Part shown: positions 62,853-64,000 of the stretch, piece by piece
Position numbering within the stretch: position 1 is the stretch's first letter
How the letters are laid out: every line of letters begins with the position of its first letter
Assembly (NCBI GenBank): GCA_002104905.1
Contig: MCFE01000195.1
Coordinates: 1-64,000, forward strand
Reading direction: 5' to 3'
DNA: 64,000 nt
Origin: Basidiobolus meristosporus CBS 931.73
Lineage: Eukaryota; Fungi; Basidiobolomycota
Made by a program: the position numbers and the translations under genes
Notes under the pieces: generated by a model
Told to the model about the DNA's origin: nothing
What the model saw: the letters and a program-made list of their open reading frames with translations, nothing else
Database searches by the model: none

Positions 62853-64000
62853 TGTTGTAAGAGTTTTGGAGATATCAGAACCCTAGGAAGAAGATTGAAA
62901 AAAGGCCAGCAGAATGTGGTTGTAATATCAGCCAAATTCCAAGTTTTGCCAAACCTACAACTCTCAATATCTCAGGTACTAGCCCTTAGGCAGACCAGCA
63001 GACATATTTTCTAAGAGAAGACTAGGCCACCTAGCATTCATGCCAAATATGGGAATCTGCTATCTACTATTTCCACTAAAAATTGCAACCAAAAGCTTGA
63101 AGGAGAAACAACACCTGAATGCCAGCAAAATACCAAAAGAATACCAGCAGAATTCTAGCAGATTATCTGATGAATCCCAAGCTTGCAATTTCTTGGAGGG
63201 GGAGCAATTGGCAGAACTGGTAGATAATATGGTGTTCACTTAATGAGATATTGAATGTATAATTATTGTGTCAACTTTACATGGTTTTGGCAGAATAACC
63301 ATGCAGAATATGCACAGGAGGTTCCCAAGACCATGTATGCAAAGTTTGGGGCTGTTTGGACAGCTTGGAGAAAATTCATGCTCCAGGTGCCTGATGTATT
63401 AATGAGAATAATCAAAGTAAATCCCAACAAGGAATCTGGTCAGATTTCTTTAAGATTTGTTGGTAATGATCTAGATGACTATGTTAGCTCAATATTTAGG
63501 TGGAATTACATACTTTTACAACACTTCCACTTAACTAAACACTCATGTTGACAGTCCTTATTGTCATCCAAGATACTCAAATATGTCTATAGTTAGTGAT
63601 TTTGTAAATATATCTGAAGTCACTCATCTATAGGACAGTCAGCCAAGTCAACCAAGCTATTCTCTATAGCTTCCCATATGAAATGATGTTCAATATCTAT
63701 GTGCTGAGTTCTAGCAAAAGAAGTTGGATTTATCCCTAATTGTGCACATCCTTGAGTATCTTGAAATAGTGTAGTAAGGGCTTATTACATAGGCCCAAGT
63801 CTTCAAAAGCTTTCTCAGCCACATTGCCTTTATTGTAGCCTTACATGCTGCAATATAATCTGCCTCTGAGGTAGAAAGTGTTATGGTTGATTGCTTTGTT
63901 AAATTCTGTTAAATTGCTCCTTCACAGTGAAGAAAGGTGTATCCTGTGGTATATCTTCTGTACTCTAAGTTTTGTCCCTAATCAGCACCAGAGTATCTCA
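62853..64000 (-). mobile_element. 3' end of a degenerate Ty1/copia element: RNase H remnant, PPT and 3' LTR (62853-63523) with CCCTA-element insert (62881-63200)
   Basis: Minus-strand RRYTTGYTF...LSTSEADYIAACKA...SDIFTK; purine tract TTAAGTGGAAG next to LTR start TGTTGTAAAA at 63523; homologous to 18990-19560; runs off the window. Confidence 0.85.

Noticed and set aside
62848-63528. CTTCT/CTTCC flanks as a TSD making this a solo LTR
   Set aside because: The right flank is the polypurine tract leading into copia RNase H sequence (also seen at 19140), so this is a 3' LTR and the match is fortuitous

Overview
Left end of a eukaryotic, almost certainly fungal, chromosome. GT-AG introns with CTAAC/CTGAC branch sites, a TTAGGG-type telomere and the gene content suggest an early-diverging fungus (inference). 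Bases 1-200 are a (CCCTAA)n telomere. It abuts an uninterrupted 591-codon LINE-type (non-LTR) reverse transcriptase ORF that has no endonuclease domain and points inward from the chromosome end. Behind it lies a head-to-tail stack of 5'-truncated units (to ~3600). These share a ~40-bp 3' motif (AATAAA, small hairpin, C-run, TAA[C]) whose tail matches the telomere repeat, which looks like a telomere-appending retroelement system. I found no CpG in the RT ORF by eye, yet it is open. The rest is a gene-rich subtelomere with about 20 genes: 7TM-RGS, MedA-like regulator, GPCR, group 1 truncated haemoglobin, OPI3/PEMT, pRiA4b-ORF3-like protein, xanthine dehydrogenase, C2 protein, secreted CHAP amidase, Spt20, RBM18-like, C9orf78/Tls1-like, nitrilase, mitochondrial bL21, F-box and JmjC/zinc-finger. 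These are interrupted by three CpG-depleted islands of decayed Ty1/copia elements, their solo LTRs (TGTTG...CAACA, 5-bp TSDs) and a ~300-bp CCCTA...TAGGG (CACTA/CMC-like) non-autonomous element. All calls come from reading motifs by eye with no database searches. Exon boundaries of spliced genes are approximate.
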